A stretch of 64,000 bases of DNA. Source: an uncultured Candidatus Saccharibacteria bacterium. GTDB lineage: Bacteria > Patescibacteriota > Minisyncoccia > Phycocordibacterales > UBA918. The notes below the pieces were generated by a model. It was not told the DNA's origin and ran no database searches. It was given only the letters and a program-made list of their open reading frames with translations. A program made the translations under genes and the position numbers. The stretch spans positions 866 to 64,865 of the forward strand of contig CAYRMI010000001.1 in NCBI GenBank assembly GCA_964425625.1, given 5' to 3'. Below are positions 1-8,572 of the stretch, piece after piece (position 1 is the stretch's first letter; each line of letters begins with the position of its first letter).

Positions 1-29
1 TAGAATTTTTGTTGCAGTTGCCATAGAGA

Positions 30-392
30 TTACTCAGTAATTACGAGCTGTTTTAATAATTGCTTTTTTAGCTTGTTGTTTGGTAGCATACCACCAATAG
101 TGCGACGAACTACTTCCCCATAGCCACGTCGAGTCGCTAAATGACCAAGTGTCTCTCGACTTTGACCACCTGGATAACCAGAATAAGTTTGGTATATCTC
201 TTGTTTTTTCTTGTCAGAGATATCCATCTTACTAGCATTGGCGATGGTGACAGTTACGTCTTCTATCGTATGACGGGCAAAATCAGTGGCTTTTTTTCCA
301 ATCAATACAGAAGCTGCTTCGGTAGCAATTTTACCTAAACGCTTACCGGTAGCATCTATTTCGTATGATTTAGTTGTTACTGTTGTTTTCAT
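30..392 (-). CDS. rplM: 50S ribosomal protein L13
   Basis: 120-aa ORF; translation carries conserved L13 stretches (GYPGG, RRGYGEVVRR..GMLPNNKL) and follows rplQ as in the standard operon. Confidence 0.85.
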   Translation of the reverse strand: MKTTVTTKSYEIDATGKRLGKIATEAASVLIGKKATDFARHTIEDVTVTIANASKMDISDKKKQEIYQTYSGYPGGQSRETLGHLATRRGYGEVVRRTIGGMLPNNKLKKQLLKQLVITE

Positions 393-394
393 AT

Positions 395-751
395 TTATTC
401 AACGAATTCGATTACTGCCTGGTCGCGTCCTGAAGGCATTCGACCCATTTTTATAACTCTAGTGTAGCCACCATTTCTAGTTTCAAATTTTGGTGCGATT
501 TCGGCAAAAAGCTTTTTGACTATCTCATCATTTGGCTCGCCTAAACGGCTGGCTACAGTTCTTCGGGCAGCGATGGTGTTTTTCTTGGCAAAAGTAACTA
601 GTCTCTCTATTCGAGGTTGTAGTTCTTTAGCCTTGGCAATAGTCGTGGTGATCTTTCCATCACGAATTAATGATACCGAGAGGCCACGCAAAAGAGCGGC
701 GCGCTGACCTGCGGGACGACTTAAAGTTCGGTTTTTGTTAGAATGTCGCAT
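395..751 (-). CDS. rplQ: 50S ribosomal protein L17
   Basis: 118-aa ORF with L17-like sequence (MRHSNKNRTLSRPAGQR.. GGYTRVIK), located immediately downstream of rpoA. Confidence 0.85.
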   Translation of the reverse strand: MRHSNKNRTLSRPAGQRAALLRGLSVSLIRDGKITTTIAKAKELQPRIERLVTFAKKNTIAARRTVASRLGEPNDEIVKKLFAEIAPKFETRNGGYTRVIKMGRMPSGRDQAVIEFVE

Positions 752-759
752 AAAGTTTG

Positions 760-1719
760 TTACTCAGTGAGACTTAGGTTCATTCGTTCAAGGAGAAGAA
801 TGATTTCCTCCAGTCCTTTTGGACCAATGCCTTCGAGGGCTAGAATATCATCTTTTCTCTTTCGCACAAGTCCACCGACAGTTCTGATGCTGGCTACTTC
901 GAGGGCTTGCAAAGTGCGGGCTGATAAATCAAGTGTTTCGATTCGGGTTTTAAGAACATCGGGATTTGGCTCTGTAGATACCTCCTCAGACACTGGTATG
1001 GTAGCAGGAGCAGAGACTACGAAGTCTTCCTGGAAACCAATCACGGCCTTAAGCTGGTGAATCATAATTTCTATAGATTTCTCCAGGGCTTCTCTAGGGG
1101 TAAAAGTACCATCAGTTTCTATAAAGACACGCAGACGATTGTAGTCTGTACGATCACCCACGCGCATGTTTTCTACTTCATAGTTAGCGCGACGAATCGG
1201 TGTAAACACTGCATCGATAGCAATAGTTCCAATTTCCACCTTGTCTCTTTGGTGTACTTCGCGTGGTACATAACCAAGACCTTTTTCCACCAATATGTCC
1301 ATTTCTAGAGTGGCTCCTTTACTGGTGATTTCGGCAATATGCTGTTCTGGATTTAGAACGTCAACTTGGCTGGGACAGACAATGTCTGACGCTGTTATAA
1401 TTCCGATGCCAGACTTCTTAAGAGTGATGCGCATTGGCTCATCACCATGAAGGTTTAGACGAACTCTTTTTAGGTTTAGTAAGACTGTTATTACATCCTC
1501 ACGGATTCCATCAATCGCGCTAAATTCATGTGCGACACCTTCAATTTTAACCTGCGTAACAGCTGCTCCTGGTAGTGAAGAGAGGATAATGCGACGGAGT
1601 GAATTTCCTAAAGTGTGACCGTAGCCAGGGTATAATCCATCAATCTCAAATACTCCTCGGAATTCATCCTCGGAAACAACTCGTGGCTTTGAAGGTAGGG
1701 TAACGTTAGTTTCTAACAT
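760..1719 (-). CDS. rpoA: DNA-directed RNA polymerase alpha subunit
   Basis: 319 aa; N-terminal dimerisation domain motifs (GHTLGNSLRRILLSS-like) and C-terminal alpha-CTD (TLDLSARTLQALE...); sits between rpsD and rplQ. Confidence 0.9.
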   Translation of the reverse strand: MLETNVTLPSKPRVVSEDEFRGVFEIDGLYPGYGHTLGNSLRRIILSSLPGAAVTQVKIEGVAHEFSAIDGIREDVITVLLNLKRVRLNLHGDEPMRITLKKSGIGIITASDIVCPSQVDVLNPEQHIAEITSKGATLEMDILVEKGLGYVPREVHQRDKVEIGTIAIDAVFTPIRRANYEVENMRVGDRTDYNRLRVFIETDGTFTPREALEKSIEIMIHQLKAVIGFQEDFVVSAPATIPVSEEVSTEPNPDVLKTRIETLDLSARTLQALEVASIRTVGGLVRKRKDDILALEGIGPKGLEEIILLLERMNLSLTE

Positions 1720-1753
1720 AGCTTAATTTTTAGGCACTAATAACTTCTTCTAC

Positions 1754-2359
1754 CTATCGGCTGTAGTACTCCATTACCAATTCGGGGTCAAACAGTGTTT
1801 CAGTTGGATTGTATACTGGCATACCTACAACAGTTGCCGTAAGTTTCTTTATATCTAGAGATAGCCAGGCTGGTACTCCTAATCCTTCATGTTTCTCGGC
1901 CAATTCGACAAAAAGACCAGAGGTTTTACTACCTTCACGAACAGTAATAATGTCTCCATTTCTTACTTTATAGGAAGGGATAGTAAAGCGCTTACCGTTT
2001 ACTAAGACATGTCCATGCGAAACAATCTGACGTGCTTGTTGTCGTGTCTTGGCAAAGCCTAGACGGTATATTGTATTGTCTAGACGAGACTCCAATCTTT
2101 CCATTAAGTGAGAAATAGGTTGATGACCAGACTCAATAGCTTCGTCTACATACCGCTTGAGTTGCTTTTCAGTAATGGTGTAAGTAAAGCGCATCTTTTG
2201 CTTCTCGATGAGTTGACGTTTGTAATCACTCGCTTGACCACCGCGCTTAACTTGTCGTCCACCTCGAGCTTGAGAAAGAGCAAATTTTTGCGTCTGTGTC
2301 TTTTCGAAGATGGGAGCACCGAGGCGCTTGGCAATTTTGTATTTTGGACCAATTTTCAT
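1754..2359 (-). CDS. rpsD: 30S ribosomal protein S4
   Basis: 201 aa; S4 N-terminal region and S4 RNA-binding domain (QIVSHGHVLVNGKR). Confidence 0.9.
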   Translation of the reverse strand: MKIGPKYKIAKRLGAPIFEKTQTQKFALSQARGGRQVKRGGQASDYKRQLIEKQKMRFTYTITEKQLKRYVDEAIESGHQPISHLMERLESRLDNTIYRLGFAKTRQQARQIVSHGHVLVNGKRFTIPSYKVRNGDIITVREGSKTSGLFVELAEKHEGLGVPAWLSLDIKKLTATVVGMPVYNPTETLFDPELVMEYYSR

Positions 2360-2370
2360 ACTAAAAAATA

Positions 2371-2802
2371 TTAGACACGACGAGGTTTAGGTGGTCGTGT
2401 ACCATTAAATGGAACTGGCGTCATGTCGGTAATGCGAGTTATGCCAATACCCTTTCCAGAAAATGCTCGCAAGGCTGACTCACGTCCAGCACCGACGCCA
2501 CGGATAACGACGTCAGCGTCCTTCATCCCCATTTGCTGGGCCTTTTCGCCAATTATTTCGCCTACTTTAGCAGCTGCAAAAGGAGTACTTTTGCGTGATC
2601 CTTTAAAGCCAAGTGCTCCACTAGAGGCACTCATAACCGCGTTACCCTTTGTGTCACAAAGTGTTAGCAAAGTATTATTAAAAGTAGCTAGGATATTTAA
2701 TTTTCCATTAGCTAGTTTTCTTTTAGGGATGCGATTCAGCGCGCGAGAAGTTCCCGCTACATCTGAACCCCCTCCCTTTTTTATGATACGTTTCTTACCC
2801 AT
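2371..2802 (-). CDS. rpsK: 30S ribosomal protein S11
   Basis: 143 aa; conserved S11 core (NNTLLTL.D.KGN... GFKGSRKSTPFAA). Confidence 0.9.
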   Translation of the reverse strand: MGKKRIIKKGGGSDVAGTSRALNRIPKRKLANGKLNILATFNNTLLTLCDTKGNAVMSASSGALGFKGSRKSTPFAAAKVGEIIGEKAQQMGMKDADVVIRGVGAGRESALRAFSGKGIGITRITDMTPVPFNGTRPPKPRRV

Positions 2803-2840
2803 ATGTCTTACGTAATGTTAATAAATAAAGCTACCTAATT

Positions 2841-3218
2841 CTAAGTCTTTTCTAGCTTACGGCGTCCACTACCCATCGTCTTCTTTGCTCCCTTGAGGGT
2901 GCGAGCGTTTGTCTTGGTTCGTTGGCCACGCGCTGGTAACCGCTTGGCATGACGTGAACCACGATATGAAGCAATGTCTTTCAAACGCTTTATATTTGAA
3001 GCAATTTCTCGTTTGAGATCGCCTTCAATACGAAATGATTCCACTTTTTCTCGAATTGCATTTTCTTGTTCAGTTGTTAGATCGGTTGGTTTAGTGGTTG
3101 GATCAATAGCTAGTCCATTAAGGATAGACTTAGCACGGGATAGACCAATGCCGTACACTGCGGTGAGTGCATAAGCAAGTTGCTTTTCGTCTGGAATTGT
3201 TATACCTGAAATTCTCAT
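2841..3218 (-). CDS. rpsM: 30S ribosomal protein S13
   Basis: 125 aa; starts MRISGI.IP...ALT.VYGIG, typical of S13. Confidence 0.9.
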   Translation of the reverse strand: MRISGITIPDEKQLAYALTAVYGIGLSRAKSILNGLAIDPTTKPTDLTTEQENAIREKVESFRIEGDLKREIASNIKRLKDIASYRGSRHAKRLPARGQRTKTNARTLKGAKKTMGSGRRKLEKT

Positions 3219-3223
3219 ATTAT

Positions 3224-3340
3224 TTATCCTTGTCTTTGCTTGTGTCGTGGCTTCTTTTTGTTAATGACGAACACTACACCACGACGCTTTACTATAATGT
3301 CATCAGGACTCATCTTTTTTACTGACGATCTTACTTTCAT
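3224..3340 (-). CDS. rpmJ: 50S ribosomal protein L36
   Basis: Absent from the ORF track (<60 aa). Hand translation of the minus strand gives [38 protein letters not shown] (38 aa), the L36 signature, in the expected slot between infA and rpsM. Confidence 0.8.
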   Translation of the reverse strand: MKVRSSVKKMSPDDIIVKRRGVVFVINKKKPRHKQRQG

Positions 3341-3348
3341 ATATTTTA

Positions 3349-3576
3349 TTAAAGTCTCTTTGTAATACGTGCTTTCCCGCCGTATGGATCCATTACCATG
3401 CCGACTTTATCACCTACTAGCACGCGGATGCGAAACTTTCGCATTTTACCAGCTAGATAAGCAATTTTGCTTTCTTTTGTGTCGTCTATTATGACACGAA
3501 AAAGAGCATTAGGTAAAGCCTCGTCGACAGTACCGTAAGTTAAATCGTCTTTAACGTCTTGTATTTTTTGATCCAT
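3349..3576 (-). CDS. infA: translation initiation factor IF-1
   Basis: 75 aa; S1-like IF-1 sequence ([41 protein letters not shown]). Confidence 0.9.
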   Translation of the reverse strand: MDQKIQDVKDDLTYGTVDEALPNALFRVIIDDTKESKIAYLAGKMRKFRIRVLVGDKVGMVMDPYGGKARITKRL

Positions 3577-3633
3577 TAAACGTCGCTGAGTCTAACAAAT
3601 ATTATTAAAACGGTCAAGTCAGACTTTATCACT

Positions 3634-4968
3634 TTACTCAGTTTTTTTGTCTCCAATTATTTCAATCACCACAATTTCTTCTGAATTTTCAGGAAAAGTA
3701 CGCTTCCAAAAAGGTTTATCGGATATCTCGGCACTGCGTATACCTGTATGACCAGATAATACTACACTAATAGCTGTTAGGGATTTACCGGCTAGGTCTT
3801 TTTTTAGCTGATTTGCATCAAATTGCCAAACGATCTGTGGTTTTCCGATAATTGAGAAGGCTAGTGAGGTAGCATCAGCAATGTTTGTTGCGCTTGTTTT
3901 TGGGTCTACGTAAGAAAAAGTTAAGTCTCCTAAATTGGTTATTTGTACGGCTTCGCCAGCGTAGGAAGGAATTGTTTTTTCTGCAATGTAGTTGGCAAAG
4001 CTTATTTGATCAAATAATGGTTGTTGCAAAGTCGCTTGCTCTCTAATGGTCACGAGGTTATCTCCAAATTCAAGGGTAGGTAGTGAGTTATAAGTAATAG
4101 CTACAGCTCCGGGGAAGGCAATAAAACCAGCTGGCTTCATATTATCGATTTGCGCCAAGACTTTGTCTCTAAGTTCGATTTGAAGCGATTGCACAGCCGT
4201 CGCAAGCTCTGCGTCGTCTATAATGAATTTTGGTCCATTAAAGCCGCCTGTAAATGCTTCACGATTTTCGGCATATATTGAATTATATAATTCGTTTAGA
4301 TTATTCTCCTTAAAACCAGGAATATCAAAACGCGTTCCGGTCGGGAGGTTATACTCCTGTCCAGAGTCATCGGCAAATACTTCGGCCCTGATTGTTCCTG
4401 GCACTAGATTTCCTGCAGAATCTTTTATGGCTCCCGGTACTACGACAGATTCTTGGATCCTGAAAATTAAACCATTCGGGGATCTAAACCTAGTATTTTT
4501 TATCAGTCTCTCAGTTCCTGGGGTTGATTTAATTATTTCGATAAATCCTTTGGCTTGTTCTTTTACTGTTTCTTGTCCAGTAGCTTTAACTTGTTGCTCC
4601 CCGGTTTCCTGGATGGTCATAACCTCATATGCCAGTTCCCCATCTCTCTTTTCTGGATAGGCGATAAATTCAGCACTAACGGTTGGTTCACTAAACTCTG
4701 GATAAACAGTTAGAGTTGTTTTTGCAACTAATAAACTAAATCCAAATAGACTAGAAATTATTATCACCACAACGACAGCAATCACTATAAGGTTCACTCT
4801 ACTTTCCTTCCTACCGTTCTTTATTACGATAGTGTCAGTATCTAAATCTACAGGTCTTTTTGCTTCCAGTGGCGATTTTACCAAATCATCCTCTGTATTT
4901 AATTGAGTTGGTCTTCTTCTTCTGGGTTCAGCTGGACGTATATCCTGTAGGTTCCATTTTTGTGTCAT
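3634..4968 (-). CDS. hypothetical membrane-anchored protein (about 60-aa cytoplasmic N-terminus, one TM helix, large extracytoplasmic domain)
   Basis: 444-aa ORF; single hydrophobic segment (LIVIAVVVVIIISSLFGFSLLV); no motif I can assign; start overlaps or closely follows the upstream actin-like ATPase gene. Confidence 0.5.
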   Translation of the reverse strand: MTQKWNLQDIRPAEPRRRRPTQLNTEDDLVKSPLEAKRPVDLDTDTIVIKNGRKESRVNLIVIAVVVVIIISSLFGFSLLVAKTTLTVYPEFSEPTVSAEFIAYPEKRDGELAYEVMTIQETGEQQVKATGQETVKEQAKGFIEIIKSTPGTERLIKNTRFRSPNGLIFRIQESVVVPGAIKDSAGNLVPGTIRAEVFADDSGQEYNLPTGTRFDIPGFKENNLNELYNSIYAENREAFTGGFNGPKFIIDDAELATAVQSLQIELRDKVLAQIDNMKPAGFIAFPGAVAITYNSLPTLEFGDNLVTIREQATLQQPLFDQISFANYIAEKTIPSYAGEAVQITNLGDLTFSYVDPKTSATNIADATSLAFSIIGKPQIVWQFDANQLKKDLAGKSLTAISVVLSGHTGIRSAEISDKPFWKRTFPENSEEIVVIEIIGDKKTE

Positions 4969-4989
4969 ATTTATATATAGTATAGCCTT

Positions 4990-6222
4990 TTATGGGTGCT
5001 CAAATTTACTATGAAAATCACGCATGTGGAAAAACTGAGCTGAAATTAATAAGGCAGTATCAATATTTTTTGTTTGAATTTCTCGCGCTATTTCCCCGGG
5101 GTAATATTTGCTTATTATTTCTTTCGATACAGGATAAACTGCATGTGATGAATTAGTAGCTAGTTTTGCCGCCTGACTGACTTGATTAATAAAAAAGTCT
5201 TCTGTTTGTAAGTTTCCATGAATATATATTTTTTTTGGAATTGCTAGACCATCACCAGTTTCGTGAAATAAACTAGCTAGCTCTCTCTGGTACTCTAAAG
5301 ATATATCCTTTATAGCCTCGATTTTAGTGGCGGGATACTGCTCAAGCAGAGATATTGGGTCTTTTTGATGTAGGTAACCAAAGGCTTCGGCGACAGGCAC
5401 TTTTAATTCCTTAGCAATTTTTCGAGCCAGAGTAAAGGAACCAATCTCAGTATGAGTGGTATAGTTTAAGAAACCATCGCGAACGACTCCTAGTTCTGTG
5501 GCTTCGTAGGTAATATCAACTAAGCAAAACTCATTGGTGTCGGTGTGAAGCTGTTTAAGAATATAGTAGTAAATTAAAACGAATGAGTATAAATATAGTT
5601 TGCTTTCGGGTAAAACTTTGTCACAGGCTTTAGTTAAAGCATCAATCATGTAGTCTTGTGCTATAGCGCTGGTTTCTACTAGTTGTAAGCTTTTTGTCTT
5701 TTGATTATTGAGTGTTTGCAAGTTATAGCCGTTGGCTCTTAACCCGATTAAACTTCTAGTGATAACTGACAGGCCTAATTCATTAATCTTTTCATTTTCT
5801 TGCAGTTCTTCTTCGACTTTTTGATGAGCCGTTCGTAATAATTCTTCAATTAATTCCTTGGATAGTGAATACTGCTCTGTCTTAGCATAATTTATATTCT
5901 TGGTAATGGTATATGACCACGGAGCCACAATGGTAACTTGGGCTTCAGGTAGTCTGTTTTGATTTGTCAGGTCATAAAAAACCTTACGTCCTTCACTATT
6001 TAGTTGCATTAAGGCACTAACTAGTGAGGTCATGACATTCTTAGCACTATCAGTTAGCGTATCATCACTACGCAGTGGCGAATACTCACGCTTTGACCAA
6101 ATAATTTCAGGATAGGACTTAGTGCTGTCGCTTTTTATAATCGCCACCAACACACTGCCCGAACCAATATCTATAAGTGAACCGTAAGTGATATCTTTTT
6201 GACCACGTGACAAAAAACCCAT
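4990..6222 (-). CDS. actin-like ATPase (FtsA/PilM/Ppx-GppA superfamily)
   Basis: 410 aa; N-terminal phosphate-1 motif LIDIGSGSVLVAI characteristic of the ASKHA/actin fold; precise family not determinable by eye. Confidence 0.5.
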   Translation of the reverse strand: MGFLSRGQKDITYGSLIDIGSGSVLVAIIKSDSTKSYPEIIWSKREYSPLRSDDTLTDSAKNVMTSLVSALMQLNSEGRKVFYDLTNQNRLPEAQVTIVAPWSYTITKNINYAKTEQYSLSKELIEELLRTAHQKVEEELQENEKINELGLSVITRSLIGLRANGYNLQTLNNQKTKSLQLVETSAIAQDYMIDALTKACDKVLPESKLYLYSFVLIYYYILKQLHTDTNEFCLVDITYEATELGVVRDGFLNYTTHTEIGSFTLARKIAKELKVPVAEAFGYLHQKDPISLLEQYPATKIEAIKDISLEYQRELASLFHETGDGLAIPKKIYIHGNLQTEDFFINQVSQAAKLATNSSHAVYPVSKEIISKYYPGEIAREIQTKNIDTALLISAQFFHMRDFHSKFEHP

Positions 6223-6284
6223 AGTATTAATTATAGCAAGTAACTTTGTGGTATAGCTGTAACTTTCCGTTGATTCGGGGATAG

Positions 6285-8231
6285 TTAACTTAAGGTCGCT
6301 TTAATTCTTCTTACTCCAGAAGAAGATGATTCTTCCTTGATTATTTTGAAAGTACCCTTAATATCTTCAAGTTTTGTTACGTGAGGGCCGCCGCAAAGCT
6401 CCTTAGAGAAGATGGTTCCATCATTTCCGGTCATTATGTAGACCTTTACTTCATCTGGATAACGATCCCAGAAGCTGGCCTCTATACTACTATCGGCCTG
6501 AGCCTTTTCTTTGGGCATGATTTCAATTGTCACTTGACCGCCAATTTTGATTGCATTATTTACATAAGTCTCGACTTTATCTAGCACTTCTCGAGTTATT
6601 TTTTCTGGGTGAGTAAAGTCATAGCGAAGTCGCTCGTTAGTTATATTTGAACCAGCTTGATGGACATGGCTACCAAGTTCTTTTTGTAGGCCAGCTAGCA
6701 TCAGGTGGGTAGCTGTATGAAGTTCGATTACTTTTTCTGAATTGTCAGCCAGACCTCCTTTAAACTTTTGTTCCGCGCCCGCTCTGGAAGTTGCTTTGTG
6801 TTGCTCCATAAGGGTTTCAAAGTCCTTTCTTTCCACAATCAAGCCTTTCTCTGCAGCAATCTCTTCAGTTAGTTCTATAGGAAAACCATAAGTTGTATAG
6901 AGGTCAAATGCATTTTTTGCACTAATAGCTTGTTTGGTAATAGGAGGGATTGACTTATCAATCACTTTTTTCCCGTCCTCTACCTTACTAGTTACATGGA
7001 TTTGCAAAGAAATTTTGTTAAATTGTCTCAGTCCAGCTTCGAGAGTCTTGCGGAATTGCTCTTCTTCGTGGGCGATTGCTTCTTTGATTACTGACTTCCT
7101 TTCAAGTAAAACTGGATAATGAGTGGCGTAAGTATCAATCACGCTCGAAGCTAACTCAGAAAATTTACCAGCTGGTATAGCTAGTTTGTCAGCATAACGA
7201 ACAGCTCGTCGCAGGAGTCGTCTTACAAAATAATCTTGATCAGTATTGCCAGGTAAAACACCATCACTAATTAAAAACACTGCCCCACGAATATGATCAG
7301 TTATAACTCTAAAGGCCACTAAATCATCTGTGTATTTCTTATGTGAAAGCTCTTCAATCTGCTCAATCACCTGCCATAATAAATCTACTTTAAAGACATC
7401 AGGAGTCCCTAATTTGGCTGCTGCGATACGTTCCAGTCCTCCACCAAAGTCAACATTACTTTGTGGTAGCTTGGTAAATGAACCATCTGGTTGTTTGATG
7501 TATTCAATAAACACTGAATTCCCTATTTCAAGAAATTGACCGGAATCACTATTGGGATGAGGGGCCATCTCTTTGTATTTGGGATTGGTTGCATAGTTTG
7601 GGCCAAAATCGTAAAAGACTTCACTGTCTGGTCCGCCGATTTCGCCAACCGGCATTTTATCGGGCTGTCCAGAACGACTCCACCAGTTCTTGGCTGCGTC
7701 ATAGTAGAAAATTCTGCCTCCTTGCATACCAACTTCATAACCAGCTTCTTCACTACCAATATATACATCTTTGGCTTCTATACCACGCTCCGCAAATAAT
7801 TCTTTCCAAATAGCTACTGACTCAACGTCTCTTGGTATACAGAGAGATTCATCACCAGCAAAAACCGTTACATAGATTTTATTTGGATCTAGTCCTATTT
7901 CATCAACTAAGTAGGTAAAAAACCAGCGTAGCTGATCTTTCTTGAAATAGTCCCCCAAAGACCAATTACCAAGCATTTCAAAAAAAGTTGTGTGACGATT
8001 GTCTCCCACCTCTTCAATGTCGTTAGCTCTAAAACACTTCTGGGAATCGGCTATACGTGTACCTTTTGGGTGTTTCTCCCCCATTAAATATGGGATCAAA
8101 GGTTGCATACCGCTACCGGTAAAAAGTGTAGTCGGATCGTTTTCTGGCACAAGGGCAGAAGAAGGCACGATAGCGTGGCTATTTTTCGCCATAAAAGCTA
8201 AATATTTCTCTCGCACTTCATTACCACTCAT
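6285..8231 (-). CDS. alaS: alanine--tRNA ligase, short form lacking the C-terminal C-Ala domain
   Basis: 648 aa; class II AlaRS catalytic core (FTGSGMQP, KCFRANDIEEVG.N.RHTTFFEMLGNWS), editing-domain zinc motifs (HTATHLM, CGGPHV); about 200 aa shorter than canonical AlaRS. Confidence 0.85.
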   Translation of the reverse strand: MSGNEVREKYLAFMAKNSHAIVPSSALVPENDPTTLFTGSGMQPLIPYLMGEKHPKGTRIADSQKCFRANDIEEVGDNRHTTFFEMLGNWSLGDYFKKDQLRWFFTYLVDEIGLDPNKIYVTVFAGDESLCIPRDVESVAIWKELFAERGIEAKDVYIGSEEAGYEVGMQGGRIFYYDAAKNWWSRSGQPDKMPVGEIGGPDSEVFYDFGPNYATNPKYKEMAPHPNSDSGQFLEIGNSVFIEYIKQPDGSFTKLPQSNVDFGGGLERIAAAKLGTPDVFKVDLLWQVIEQIEELSHKKYTDDLVAFRVITDHIRGAVFLISDGVLPGNTDQDYFVRRLLRRAVRYADKLAIPAGKFSELASSVIDTYATHYPVLLERKSVIKEAIAHEEEQFRKTLEAGLRQFNKISLQIHVTSKVEDGKKVIDKSIPPITKQAISAKNAFDLYTTYGFPIELTEEIAAEKGLIVERKDFETLMEQHKATSRAGAEQKFKGGLADNSEKVIELHTATHLMLAGLQKELGSHVHQAGSNITNERLRYDFTHPEKITREVLDKVETYVNNAIKIGGQVTIEIMPKEKAQADSSIEASFWDRYPDEVKVYIMTGNDGTIFSKELCGGPHVTKLEDIKGTFKIIKEESSSSGVRRIKATLS

Positions 8232-8284
8232 AGGAAAAACTGTTTATAACCTTACTAATGTCACCACTATAACAAAATATCTAA

Positions 8285-8560
8285 TTATTGCGAGAGAATG
8301 GCCGAAGCTGCTTGGTAGCATTCTACACCATGACAGGTAAGTAATGGTGTCAGTCCGTAGAAGTAAAGCTCCATCATATAGCCAATTATGATAGCAATGA
8401 CACCAATAATAGTGATAGTTTTCTCAAAATTGAAAGATGAGATGACTCGATTATCGATTTTTCTTTCTTCCGCCATAATGTGATGCACCTTTAAAATCGC
8501 TAAGGCAACCAATACCTTACCAAATACTCCTACAGTCAAACCCCAAAATAGTATATTCAT
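8285..8560 (-). CDS. hypothetical small membrane protein
   Basis: 91-aa ORF with two to three hydrophobic helices; no recognisable motif. Confidence 0.35.
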   Translation of the reverse strand: MNILFWGLTVGVFGKVLVALAILKVHHIMAEERKIDNRVISSFNFEKTITIIGVIAIIIGYMMELYFYGLTPLLTCHGVECYQAASAILSQ

Positions 8561-8572
8561 AATTAAATTATA

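Noticed and set aside
1-29. Possible 5' end of rpsI on the minus strand (ATG at 24..22, translation starting MATATKIL...)
   Set aside because: rpsI is expected after rplM, but only 8 codons are visible and they do not match the usual S9 N-terminus. Too little sequence to support a call
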